The notes under the pieces: generated by a model
What the model was told of the DNA's origin: nothing
Seen by the model: only the letters and a program-made list of their open reading frames with translations
The model's database searches: none
In this document: positions 19,060 through 29,412 of the stretch, piece after piece
Position numbering within the stretch: the first letter of the stretch is position 1
How the letters are laid out: each line of letters starts with the position of its first letter
NCBI GenBank assembly: GCA_037308085.1
Contig: CP147779.1
Span: forward strand, 1,632,001 to 1,696,000
Source: Promethearchaeati archaeon SRVP18_Atabeyarchaeia-1
GTDB taxonomy: Archaea; Asgardarchaeota; Atabeyarchaeia; Atabeyarchaeales; Atabeyarchaeaceae
DNA length: 64,000 nt
Reading direction: 5' to 3'
Position numbers and translations under genes: made by a program

Positions 19060-20154
19060 TCAAAGAGAGGATCTGAGCAACTTTGAGATCTTTTCGATCT
19101 TGTCTTGTGTGCCGGTCGATGGAATCTTCTCCCATCCGCCTTTTGTTTCGAAGGTGCTTTCGCCGGGCTTCTTCCTCCACACTTCGAGAAGATCTTTTAT
19201 GCTGTCGGGATTATAGTTCCCGTATCTCTTGGATAGTTCAGGTATGACTTTTGGCAAGACTCTCAAGAAGGATCGAAGCGCGATCGCGGTCTTGATGCTG
19301 TAGTCATGATTGTTCCACGCGTGTGGAAAAACCTCTTCGGCTATGACTTTGAAGTACTGAACCAGAAAATTGCCCAAGTATGGCTTTATCGAAGACCAGC
19401 TGCTTGGAGCCTTAGCCATTTCAGCAACAAGCTGTTTGAACTCTGCACCTAGGGCCGATAGGCTTACCCATCCCTTTTCTTCACCGGTTATCTTGACTTT
19501 CTGATATAATGGCGAGTTCGACTCGAGTGCAAGAGGCTTCAGGTAATCATGTGCTGGTATGATCCACTTTAGTTCTTGCACCAAGTTCTCATAGTCTTTC
19601 ATTCTGGGTGCCAATTCGAAATATAGCGAGGTTGGTATCCTAGTTTGCTTCGAATTTATCATCACAAATAGTGCGGCCATATCTTCGTCTCTCAGGCTAT
19701 CCATAATGATTGTGGGAACAGTTATGTCAAATCTCGACTTATTCTTTTTCAGAAGGTTTTGTAGTGCAACGAATCTGTGCTGGCCGTCAAGGACCTCGAA
19801 CAGGTATTTCTTATTCGGCAGCGTTAATTCATTCTTGTCGAACTCTAGCTCTTGATGAGTGACCAATATCAGCGTGCCCGGAAAAGCGGGGATAGGTGCG
19901 CCCTTCGAACATTCCTGGAAGTATCTCATCAGTTCTTTTATTTTCTTTGCCTTTATGGGTCTCTGAAATGCTTTTGAACTTTTCATTATACGCGACCAGT
20001 CTATTACGCCCTCTTTTCTCTTCTTGACTTCGAATCCCAAAGATTCGTAGGAGATCATCTGTAATTTCACTAGGTTGTCCAACCGGGATGCTTTAATCGG
20101 CGAGAAGTAAAGGTATTTCCCAAATTGTTCTATTTTAAAAGCTGGTTCTTTCAT
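19060..20154 (-). CDS. DGQHR-domain (DndB/ParB-like) protein
   Basis: FQRP, VLDGQHR, LFVMINSKQ. Confidence 0.9.
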   Translation of the reverse strand: MKEPAFKIEQFGKYLYFSPIKASRLDNLVKLQMISYESLGFEVKKRKEGVIDWSRIMKSSKAFQRPIKAKKIKELMRYFQECSKGAPIPAFPGTLILVTHQELEFDKNELTLPNKKYLFEVLDGQHRFVALQNLLKKNKSRFDITVPTIIMDSLRDEDMAALFVMINSKQTRIPTSLYFELAPRMKDYENLVQELKWIIPAHDYLKPLALESNSPLYQKVKITGEEKGWVSLSALGAEFKQLVAEMAKAPSSWSSIKPYLGNFLVQYFKVIAEEVFPHAWNNHDYSIKTAIALRSFLRVLPKVIPELSKRYGNYNPDSIKDLLEVWRKKPGESTFETKGGWEKIPSTGTQDKIEKISKLLRSSL

Positions 20155-20695
20155 CTATTCTTATCACCCAGCCCGGGGGAATCTGAATGGTACCGCCAAT
20201 AAGATCATTACAGGTTTTACACGCGGTGGCAAGATTCTGCGGATCAGACTTGCCGTGAAGTGCTCGTGGAACTATGTGGTGGATTTGTAGATCATTCTCA
20301 CTTCCACAGTATCTGCATCTATGGTTGTCTCTCTGAAGAATTGAATTCTTTGTGATGATGTCAAAGTCCTCAGAGCCGGCAAAAATTATCTTCCAGATTA
20401 GATGCAGAATCTCGATTTCGTAGTCATCTAATATGAGGTAGTCGATGCCAGTTCTACGCTTCAATTCCTCTCGAAAACTCTTCAGGCTTTCGTCTTTCGG
20501 TCCCAGTCTTGTCAAGAACAGCAACCTTTGTTTCTCTTTCTCACCTCTTAGCCAAAGTCTGATGCTTCTTACTTTCTGAAGCCTGATATATCTCAGCACT
20601 TCAAGAAGTTCTGGTATACTGTCCTCAGGGTTACCCCATCTCTTGAGCAGGTCTGCGATCTCCTCCTCTTTCGAGGTGCTTCCCTCCATGTCCAT
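20135..20695 (-). CDS. HNH endonuclease
   Basis: RDNHRCRYCG...HHIVPR...NLATACKTCN. Confidence 0.9.
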   Translation of the reverse strand: MDMEGSTSKEEEIADLLKRWGNPEDSIPELLEVLRYIRLQKVRSIRLWLRGEKEKQRLLFLTRLGPKDESLKSFREELKRRTGIDYLILDDYEIEILHLIWKIIFAGSEDFDIITKNSILQRDNHRCRYCGSENDLQIHHIVPRALHGKSDPQNLATACKTCNDLIGGTIQIPPGWVIRIDERTSF

Positions 20696-21112
20696 CGCGC
20701 TTGACTCAATAAGTCGTGTTAGGCAAAGAAGGTATAAAAGTGTTAAGATGTCGAGGTGTCAACTGGAGATGTGGAGGTGAAAGACAGCATTGATGCGATT
20801 CGCAACCTAGATTCGAGGATGGCAAACTTCCAAATCAAGTATAAGCCATTATCATTCACAGAAGGGCAAGAACTAGTTTCAAAAGCCTTGAACGTTTTGT
20901 CGTCGAATAAGGAACCTGATAACAGCTAGAATACATCAAACCTATTGGCGCTTTGGCTAATAGTTTAGTCGCATTCCTAACAGTCGTCACACTTGCCAGG
21001 TTCATGCTTGAGACGCTTAACCTCGCTTCTCTCATTATCACCAAGTATGCATGCCCACACAGAAGTGTTCTCCCCCCCAGAAACACCGATTGAACTTGAA
21101 TCCGGCGCTGTT

Positions 21113-22303
21113 TTAGGTTGTGATCTTGCCTCTCGTCCCAAGTATAAGCTTAGTGATTTCCGCGGTATCGATTCCTCTATTAAGGAATTTTCCTAGCAAG
21201 TCAAATAGGTCAATCGTTGTCATCAGGCAGAAGTTGTTCCCATCCGCTATCCGAATGGCGTCTTTCGTGAAAGGATCTCCACGCTTCTCTGGTTCCACCT
21301 CACGAAAGTGGTTAAGCACAAATACGCCTTTAGCTTCCTTGCCGCTCTTTATTCCCTTCATGTAGTGATCAAGCAGCTGCCTCAAGTCATCATTATTGGC
21401 GGTTCCCTTTAACCCCTTGACTTCGACTATCCCGAGCGTCCCATCGAGATCCAGCTCGATGTCATGCTGCCCTTCCCGCTCCTTCCACTTCCCTTTGATA
21501 CCTGTTTTCCTAAGAAGAAGATACACGGAATATGAGAGCTGGTCTCCATAGGAGTAAACCACTTGTCTCAGTGATTTAAATTCACCTAACTGCTTCTCCA
21601 TTTCAGTGACTTTTTTGCGAAGATCTTTTTCGCCTGGAAGCAAGTATTGACCGACCCATTTAGGCTCCTCAACCAGATCTCTCTGAGGCATGTAATTTGA
21701 CTTGATCATATTCAATACCACGCGCAGAAACTTCGGCAGATCCGCTTTCGAGTTTTCCAGATTGGGCAAGAAGAAAACCCTAGCGCCAGAGTTAAGCTTT
21801 ATCTCATAGGATACGGCGAGTCCGGGATTGTTCTTGGCTATGACAAGGCGCTCAGGATAATTATTCTTTAGGTGCCATAACCAGTTGAACTTGAAGTTTC
21901 TGAGGGCAGCTGAGAGCGGATGTTTGCGATTAAGTTTGATCACTTCGCCTTCCTTTTCCTCGACTTCTGGCAAGCGAGCAGGAAAAACGTCTTCAGGAAT
22001 AGTTCCGATTGGGAACACAACCAAAGCCCCAGGCATCGAGAGAAATCTTTGAAACTCACTCTTGGTCTTTTCCAACGCAGATTTGATCTTATACTCTGAA
22101 TATTTATTAATGTCCTTGTGAAGTAATTCGAACGTGCGACTGAGGCCTTTCTCGCAAAGGAAGATTATGTCATAATCGTACAGCGTTGGTGCGTCAAGAA
22201 GATCAGGATTGTAATATAACTCTTCGTCCTTGGCTAGCTTCAGCTCTCCGATGCTGAATTCCTCAATGCGAGGTACTCCAATGAAAAGGATTCTGTAGTT
22301 CAC
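21113..22303 (-). CDS. protein with C-terminal Mrr-like PD-(D/E)XK nuclease
   Basis: HDIEL...IVEVKG...DLRQL. Confidence 0.7.
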   Translation of the reverse strand: MNYRILFIGVPRIEEFSIGELKLAKDEELYYNPDLLDAPTLYDYDIIFLCEKGLSRTFELLHKDINKYSEYKIKSALEKTKSEFQRFLSMPGALVVFPIGTIPEDVFPARLPEVEEKEGEVIKLNRKHPLSAALRNFKFNWLWHLKNNYPERLVIAKNNPGLAVSYEIKLNSGARVFFLPNLENSKADLPKFLRVVLNMIKSNYMPQRDLVEEPKWVGQYLLPGEKDLRKKVTEMEKQLGEFKSLRQVVYSYGDQLSYSVYLLLRKTGIKGKWKEREGQHDIELDLDGTLGIVEVKGLKGTANNDDLRQLLDHYMKGIKSGKEAKGVFVLNHFREVEPEKRGDPFTKDAIRIADGNNFCLMTTIDLFDLLGKFLNRGIDTAEITKLILGTRGKITT

Positions 22304-23617
22304 CTGCCAGCCTCCAAATCTCTGTTAGGGTAACTATGAGACTAGTTACCGCACCTTGCCAATCGAGTTTCGAACACGCATATGATCCTCTAGACCAGTA
22401 CCGTCCCGCCCCACAAGAGATTCCTCTCACTCAGCAATATACGAGTCCAATATATATAGTTGGGTAGAGCGCCAAGAAAACTGAAGACACGTCAGAACAA
22501 CGAGTAAGACTTACCTCCTCCATCAACCTTCTTGATTTCGCGTCTGAGTCGCTTTACCTATTTTGAGGGTCTTATCAGCTTAGATGCCTTTGGCGGTTAT
22601 CTCTGAAAGGTTGAAAGGTTTGATCATCCATATTCGATCCTGCCTATCTGCTCACATGCGTCTCCATCTCAGCATCCATCTAATTTCTATTTGAATTCAA
22701 CAATCCAGTCTACCCGTTTCCGACCAGAGAACCAAATTCACTTATAAAAGCGCTAATATAAGCTACATAGCTATAGGCATCCGTTTAGGTAGGCATTTCT
22801 GACCCCAACAGCCTACCCTTCTCACGTCAAAAACCCTTCCTAATTAGCCAAAACAATTCAAATCAATTCGACTATTATTCCTCACTCTGACCCGAATAAT
22901 CCTGATTTATCTTCATTCGATGCAGGATAATAACCTAATTCATGTTCTTCTCTTGATTTCAAGACAATATCCTCTGCCTCTGGTCTCTCCAAATTCAATT
23001 TGCCACGGGCAAATGGACAGCTTCATCTGTGGATAGACTCTCCCCTTCATGCTTCGCTCTCCACTTCGAGACCAGACATCTTGATGCCCAACAATATTCA
23101 CTCATGTGAATTCGCCTAGAATGATCGCGTTGCTGCAGTGGCACAGAAAGCGCTGGATAGAATCGCTTAAAGAAGCTGGGAATCGAGGAACTCCGCTGAA
23201 GTTTAAGATCTCCTGAAACAGAATGAGAGGGGCTGTAGCTAAGCCTTCGACCATCTTCCTCTTCTTTCGTTTCTGTTCAGCTCAACTGCCTTTCTCAAGT
23301 CCTCCACGAAGTCGCTCCACTCAAATCCCATGCAGGTCCCTGTTTCTCTGGTGCGCTCCCTATACAATGTTATAATTGGTGATGATGCATAATTGGGGAG
23401 ATTTATGGATGTCGCAATGCCTCCACAAGGGATATATCACACGCCCGACGACTAGAGAAGCGAATATTCCAGCTGAGAAATGAGGGGGAACGGCCGACAG
23501 CATGAGTGCAGGAAATGATGATTTCGAGAAGGGCCGATGCTGGGCACAATACACATTCATGGAAGACGAGCTGCTCGACTTCATGTGTGAACCATAGCTC
23601 GTGGAGGGGTTCCATAA

Positions 23618-24871
23618 TTGCCGAGTACTGAGACAGGTGTGCACGAGGCCGCGAATAGGAGCAAAATAACCAGAATCAAGACAGAAGATGAAGAGAAGGA
23701 GGGGAACGCACTCGAACACGCCCCGAAGGGTCGTCGGGCTCGGCGAGAAAAGAAGCCAAGCGAAGACGAAAACAGAGAGGCATTAAGAAGGCAGACCACT
23801 CAACTGGGCGAAACTGATTCAGATGCAAGACTAGATGAGTTTCTGCTGAAGAATAAGGAAAAGGCCGATTTGACGTTTGCACCCTATGCGATCGGTCTTC
23901 TGATACTCGCACTACTGGTAGCTGATTTGCCTTTTCCACTACCGTACTTGGCTGTTATCGGATACGTTCCGATATTCTATGTGTTGAGGAGAATTGTTCT
24001 ATCGCAGATCGTTAAGACGAGATTGGAGAAGTATTATAATCTAGTAGCTGATGTTTTGTATACGCAATCCGGCGGAAAGCAGATCTTCTGGACCCAGGTA
24101 GTTCTCAAGCTATCAACTCCCGAAGAGATTCTGCCAGATAGCAAACTGTTAGAACTTCTGAAGTCGTCTAGCACACGTGCCTCAAGATCTGAAGCAGGAC
24201 AATTCGCAGAGATTTACGAACGAATTAGAGATGGTAGAGTGCGATCTCTCTTTGCGGAGACGCCTGACCACAAATATCACGTGCTTTTCGTCGAGTACGC
24301 TAATGGCAATGACCATCCCTCTCCGATCAGTGCCAAGACAAGATTTGGAAGGACTTCTGTCAACGCTTTTCGCAAGAACTTGTGGTATGTAGGGAACTAT
24401 CGTCTTTATGATATCCCTGAGTCGAATAGCATCGGAGACCAAGTGCTCGTTTTCTCGGGTCGGAAAGATGCTTCTCCCTTAAGACTAGTGATGCCAAACC
24501 TAGTTGAGACTTTGTTCATGATCGCTAATCTCAACCGGATTAGGCAGGAGAAAAGTCTCGCGCTCTTGAAAGCCAAGAACGAGTCGCTTCGCGCCGCGGT
24601 TGAGGCGCTGGAAGAGCATCAGAAGGCGATAGATGCTATATTGAGTAGTTCGAGAAAGGTTTCACGAGTACTGGACGAGAGGCTCCTCACGAAGATAGAC
24701 ACTTCACCGACACGAGCAGAACTTGAAGTTAAGCCAGTTGGTAGATTCGATATGCTTGTGAGCCTAGTCAAACGTTCATCTAAGTGGTTCTTTCTCACTA
24801 TTGCGGGATTGATCATCGTAATAGTATTCGGACCATATTTGTCTTCGCTTATTTCTCATTGGTTAACATGA
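23618..24871 (+). CDS. membrane protein with coiled coil, unknown function
   Basis: 2 N-terminal TMs, coiled coil, C-terminal TM. Confidence 0.7.
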   Translation: MPSTETGVHEAANRSKITRIKTEDEEKEGNALEHAPKGRRARREKKPSEDENREALRRQTTQLGETDSDARLDEFLLKNKEKADLTFAPYAIGLLILALLVADLPFPLPYLAVIGYVPIFYVLRRIVLSQIVKTRLEKYYNLVADVLYTQSGGKQIFWTQVVLKLSTPEEILPDSKLLELLKSSSTRASRSEAGQFAEIYERIRDGRVRSLFAETPDHKYHVLFVEYANGNDHPSPISAKTRFGRTSVNAFRKNLWYVGNYRLYDIPESNSIGDQVLVFSGRKDASPLRLVMPNLVETLFMIANLNRIRQEKSLALLKAKNESLRAAVEALEEHQKAIDAILSSSRKVSRVLDERLLTKIDTSPTRAELEVKPVGRFDMLVSLVKRSSKWFFLTIAGLIIVIVFGPYLSSLISHWLT

Positions 24872-25045
24872 CTCACACACAAGTTTCCCCATCTTTGGAT
24901 TCTCCTCGACGGTCTCGAAAGGTTTCCCGGATATCCTAGCGCCGTACCGTGCTGTGGCGAAGTCCTAGGTTTGAAAATAGACGAGAATACCTAGGAAAGG
25001 AGGAGGCTTCAAATAGCCAGAGTCCTGAGGAGCGAGAAAGTATGC

Positions 25046-25408
25046 ATGGAGGGATATCAGATGTCTATCTTTGAGGATATGACTAACGCTGAAAGGGAAG
25101 TTGCAGGGTTCCTCTCAGATCTTCGCATCTGGTGGACGTTCCAACAACCAGTCTGCGTGGAAGACGAGAAAAGCAGGCCAAGGATTTGGAGCCCAGACTT
25201 CTACCTATCTGAGCTCGGGCTGTACATTGAAGTTTGCGGTTCTGAGCGCTTTGACTACTCCTACCGCGAGAAAATCTATAAGGCAAACAGGATACCTGTG
25301 ATCTTTGTACACCTTTACAAGGAAGGGGCAAAGTGGTCCTACTTTCTGATCCAGCGGATCAAGGAAATCCATGCCATGCGGTCAGGGATCATCGATAAAT
25401 TGGTCTGA
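25046..25408 (+). CDS. small PD-(D/E)XK nuclease-like protein
   Basis: SPDFYL...YIEVCG. Confidence 0.65.
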   Translation: MEGYQMSIFEDMTNAEREVAGFLSDLRIWWTFQQPVCVEDEKSRPRIWSPDFYLSELGLYIEVCGSERFDYSYREKIYKANRIPVIFVHLYKEGAKWSYFLIQRIKEIHAMRSGIIDKLV

Positions 25409-25561
25409 GCGTGCGCTGAGAAAGAGGGTGGTTGGTTCTTTTGCTGTTGACATTTTCGCGCAGCTAAATAACGTTTACTTCATGTCCTCGCGAACAGTTA
25501 GAAGCCTCTAGCGATTCAGCTCCGTCACCATTTCCCCTCTGGAAAATAGTGACACTGTGCA

Positions 25562-26086
25562 CTAGCGCGCGTGCCAGTTGGTCAACTCTCTCAACTTCCG
25601 TCGATAAGTCTTCTGGTGACCATGAGATGGGAATGGCAGAGCTTCCTCGTTTCGAATCCTTTTGTCGAGACCGGCTTCTTCAATTGCGTCTCTCACAGGG
25701 GCAAATATGTTAGATTTCACGATAAGAATACTTTCAGGATCTAGCTCCCGTGTGTCAGCGACAAGTCTAGGTATTCCCTCGATGATAGCGCGTCTTCTCT
25801 CCATCGGCTTAAGCTTGTTGACGGGCTTATAGCTTACATCGACGACGAAAAAACCTCGCGACTGAAACTCTTTCAGGCAAGGCCTCTTGTCGAGACCCGT
25901 TGGCATTTTCTTATTTTCGGGGAAAATTCCAAGGGCTTTCATAGTCTCTCTGAAAAGGCTGTCCGCTCCTGCTGTCTGATCGGAATAGAAATATCCTCCA
26001 CAGTAGGGAGGAGACTCGGCGATGAGTAGAATCTTCACCCGTCCGTGCGGCTTATACTTGTCCCTTGCGAGAATGTACTCACGCAT
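25562..26086 (-). CDS. uracil-DNA glycosylase-superfamily protein
   Basis: ILLIAESPP..GYFY and LPFPS motifs; ATG at 26086. Confidence 0.7.
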   Translation of the reverse strand: MREYILARDKYKPHGRVKILLIAESPPYCGGYFYSDQTAGADSLFRETMKALGIFPENKKMPTGLDKRPCLKEFQSRGFFVVDVSYKPVNKLKPMERRRAIIEGIPRLVADTRELDPESILIVKSNIFAPVRDAIEEAGLDKRIRNEEALPFPSHGHQKTYRRKLRELTNWHAR

Positions 26087-26187
26087 AACGTTTATGGTAT
26101 TCGTTCTAACTGAAATAATTGACGCTCTATGCTTTGGTTCTGCAGAAATCGGGTGCGCGCGAACCGGTTGGAAGGGAAGAACTCGAG

Positions 26188-27114
26188 TTACCGAAAGATT
26201 CCATTTTCTCTTAGCTTCTTGTTCATGCACCACTCTCTGAAGACATCGATTTCCCAAGGCAGTGGCAATGGATGCCCTGAGAAAGTACGGTATTCCCTGA
26301 TCCCATTAATATATTCGATTCTGGCCTCTATCCTATTTGCCGGAATCGCGCAATTAGAAAGCAGACTCTGGTCCACTCTGTGGTCCCTTGCTTCCAACTT
26401 GGAATCAGCACCAGCCCAGTTGTCGAACCAAGTTCGTTCAACCCTAACAGCATAGACAACTGGGTAGTGTGTCTTGACCATCTTACTATACTTTCCGTGT
26501 ATCGGCGGCAATCCGTTTAATAGCCCTTCGAGATACTTGTCATCGTTGGCTCTCTTCAGCCATTCCTGAAGTTGTCTGTAATTGAGAACTGCCGGATCTG
26601 AAGAGTACCTTTTCTGAAGTTCCTCCTCATGCTTAAGGTAGTAGGCGATCTTAGGTGGTATAGATGAGAGCTTGCGCAGCAGTTCTTGCTTGTATGCCAA
26701 GCAAGTGTTCTCATTGAGTACAAGATCCTTGAAATCCTCTACTGCAGTTATGATGCTGTCTATCGTTTCTCCTCCACGGTTCCTTGCATAGTTCCTAGCT
26801 CTCCAGAAGCTTTGATCAAAGCTTGCATATTTCCGCCCCGGGTATTGGTCTATCACGCCCAACGTGTAAGGGCGCAACACTGAGTATCCCGAACTCTCTG
26901 TGTAGCCGATGGACTCATATGCGTTGCATACTGTCTTGACATCGTTCATATCATAAGGTGTATCGTTCGCAACCCATCCCCGTTTCTCTATCTTCTCGAC
27001 GAAGACGCTACTTGTCCCGTGATAGACTATCTTGGGATCGTCGTACATCTCTTTCTCTAGAGGATAGACGATACAATTGGGGTCATCGATCCGCAATACC
27101 ATAATCTTCTTCAA
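26188..27114 (-). CDS. putative ADP-ribosyltransferase-fold (PARP/Tpt1-like) protein
   Basis: VYHGTS...IEKRG, ARNYA, PVVYAV, IPANRI. Confidence 0.5.
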   Translation of the reverse strand: MKKIMVLRIDDPNCIVYPLEKEMYDDPKIVYHGTSSVFVEKIEKRGWVANDTPYDMNDVKTVCNAYESIGYTESSGYSVLRPYTLGVIDQYPGRKYASFDQSFWRARNYARNRGGETIDSIITAVEDFKDLVLNENTCLAYKQELLRKLSSIPPKIAYYLKHEEELQKRYSSDPAVLNYRQLQEWLKRANDDKYLEGLLNGLPPIHGKYSKMVKTHYPVVYAVRVERTWFDNWAGADSKLEARDHRVDQSLLSNCAIPANRIEARIEYINGIREYRTFSGHPLPLPWEIDVFREWCMNKKLRENGIFR

Positions 27115-27261
27115 GGTCGTATCAGTCCTGCTTCTGCCGATTCACATAAAGTGGGATAGCCGAAAGCCCAGCTCTTGCAGGGGCATGAGCAACTTCTCTT
27201 GCTCCAGCTTTCGGTCTCTTGGTAGAGAAGCACGAATCCTTCCTGGTTCTCCTGAGCTCAG

Positions 27262-28128
27262 TCATGTCTGCTTTGCCTTCTCATCATCATTATCAGAAAT
27301 CGATGAAGAGAAGTCATTGATGGCTTTGTCGATCACGCTGCAGACTTCGTCGAAGGTCTCAACGATCCCCATGCTTTCATTGTATTCACCCGGCTTAACC
27401 TCCAAATCAGGATACCTCGTGTAGGATTCATGGGGAAAGGTAATCACAGACAGCAAAAGGAGCAGTACACCACCTAGCATGTCCTTGATAAGTCGATACG
27501 ACCAGTCGGTCTCCTTTCTTTGAAGAGACTTCTCTCTGAAGATGCGAAGTGTCTTTGACTGCTCTTCATCACCAGGATATCTTACTTCTGACAGTAATGT
27601 CGTGAGCTGCGGAAGCACCTTACCCATCACCTCAGGCACTTCACTTGACAGCTGCGTACAAACATCCAGCAACCTCTTAATCTCCTTTCCAGGCAACCTA
27701 GCAAATTGGCTCGACCTGCTCGTAACCAAATCTTCGAGTACGAGAGGCCCTCGAGTACCCGAAAACACTAGCTCGGTCACATCGGCGAGTTTTCTCCCGA
27801 TCTCCTTGTCTAATATCTTTGAAAAAGCGAGCGGAGAAAGATGACCAACATCCCGAAGTTCGCTCTTGTCGATGAACAAGGATTCAAGTGCCCAAGCTTT
27901 CGCAGCTTTTTCAACACTCTGCTGAACGTGGTACACTGCCAGATTGTAGATACTATTAGCGCGGAGCAATTTCGCAGATTCGAGGTCTTGTCGAGCAAGA
28001 TCTAGTAAGCTCCGAATCAACCCAAGCTCATCTGAAGATCTGACTCTTATAAAATCGTAGAGATCCTTGATTACAGGGGAACTCAATACCTTAGCGATCA
28101 TAGCAAACAACTTATCTTGAGATATCAT
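27262..28128 (-). CDS. HEPN-domain protein with large insertion
   Basis: ARQDLESAKLL, YHVQQSVEKAAKA, GHL, TRYP. Confidence 0.85.
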   Translation of the reverse strand: MISQDKLFAMIAKVLSSPVIKDLYDFIRVRSSDELGLIRSLLDLARQDLESAKLLRANSIYNLAVYHVQQSVEKAAKAWALESLFIDKSELRDVGHLSPLAFSKILDKEIGRKLADVTELVFSGTRGPLVLEDLVTSRSSQFARLPGKEIKRLLDVCTQLSSEVPEVMGKVLPQLTTLLSEVRYPGDEEQSKTLRIFREKSLQRKETDWSYRLIKDMLGGVLLLLLSVITFPHESYTRYPDLEVKPGEYNESMGIVETFDEVCSVIDKAINDFSSSISDNDDEKAKQT

Positions 28129-28149
28129 TGAGACGAGTCCCCCTCAATA

Positions 28150-29412
28150 TTACCTTGGATAATCCCAGGAAGTCATCCGCTTATTCATCTCATCCAGCTC
28201 AAGCCGAGTCGCAATTCTGTCAGTGGCATTAGCCCGCAAATACACGCCTCTGTCTTTAACAACATAGGGCCTATCTTCGCCCTTCTCCACACGCATGACG
28301 ATTATCTCTTTCCCATCGATCCGAGTTCTCTTTAAGTCGTAGCGAACAGCCGGTTCACAGTGACTCCTGAGAATCTTCGATATTGAATCTTCGTAATCTC
28401 TATTCCGCAAACCTACAACCACAGCATTATCATCTACACCCAGCAGAATCACACCGCCTTTGGTATTGGCAAAAGCGGTCACACTCTCAACGAACTCCTC
28501 AGACTGACCAATGTCAGCCTTGAATTCAACCCCCTCCGCCTCACCACTCTTTATCCATTCTCTTATCTCATACTGCGGGGTTTCGACGACGAATCCCTTC
28601 GGCGAGGGACCCCAATTCGAGTAGTATCGCCTAACGTCAAGAACCTCATTATCCTTGCCCGAAAGAAGTGCAAGATGCATGATGTCGGGTTTGAAGCCGA
28701 TTGAAGCACTCCCCGCGCCATCAGCGAGATCAATGTCAACCGACTTCATCTCGTCTCCCGACGCGCAATAGATCTTACCGACCATGTCTGCTGGATCCAC
28801 TTCCCTAGCCTCAACCGTCAACTTCACAGCATCTGAGGAGATAACAACTTCACGTATTCGCGCGCCATACCTCGGGAGGCAGAAGACCATGCCATTGTGA
28901 TTAGTATAGCGTCCTAAATCGATGCCAGTGTGTACCTTGATAGCTGTCACAAGATCAGGGAAGAATGGCAGATTCTTCGAAAGCAAGATATTAATCCGCG
29001 GGGACGGAAGGCTAGGGCTCCTGTATTGATATCTGTCGAAATACCAGCCGACATTAAGGTAGTCGTTGCCGCTATCGAACGATTCTCCGTTGGTTAGGCT
29101 TTCACCAACAACACTCAAGTCCCACTTGCCAAGTCTGATCAACTTCTCGCCCTTCTGGGGAAGTTCATTGAGTAACCCGCGTAGCTCCTTACAAGAAATG
29201 AGCATCTCAAACAACAGGAAATCGTCGTACAAAATGTCGGGGCGATGTTCATGGTTGTTGGACCTATGAAGTGGAAGGAACCTTGTGAGAGCATTCACCC
29301 AAGTCTCCCCCATCCTGCATGCAACACCCTTCACCAGAACCTGTCCATACGTATTCTCCCGCTTAATGATCTTCAAAATCATATCTTCCAATACTTTCTC
29401 ATGCGCAGACAT
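28150..29412 (-). CDS. Schlafen/AlbA_2-domain protein
   Basis: GEAEGVEFK, AFANTKGGVILLGVDD, YLR. Confidence 0.9.
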   Translation of the reverse strand: MSAHEKVLEDMILKIIKRENTYGQVLVKGVACRMGETWVNALTRFLPLHRSNNHEHRPDILYDDFLLFEMLISCKELRGLLNELPQKGEKLIRLGKWDLSVVGESLTNGESFDSGNDYLNVGWYFDRYQYRSPSLPSPRINILLSKNLPFFPDLVTAIKVHTGIDLGRYTNHNGMVFCLPRYGARIREVVISSDAVKLTVEAREVDPADMVGKIYCASGDEMKSVDIDLADGAGSASIGFKPDIMHLALLSGKDNEVLDVRRYYSNWGPSPKGFVVETPQYEIREWIKSGEAEGVEFKADIGQSEEFVESVTAFANTKGGVILLGVDDNAVVVGLRNRDYEDSISKILRSHCEPAVRYDLKRTRIDGKEIIVMRVEKGEDRPYVVKDRGVYLRANATDRIATRLELDEMNKRMTSWDYPR

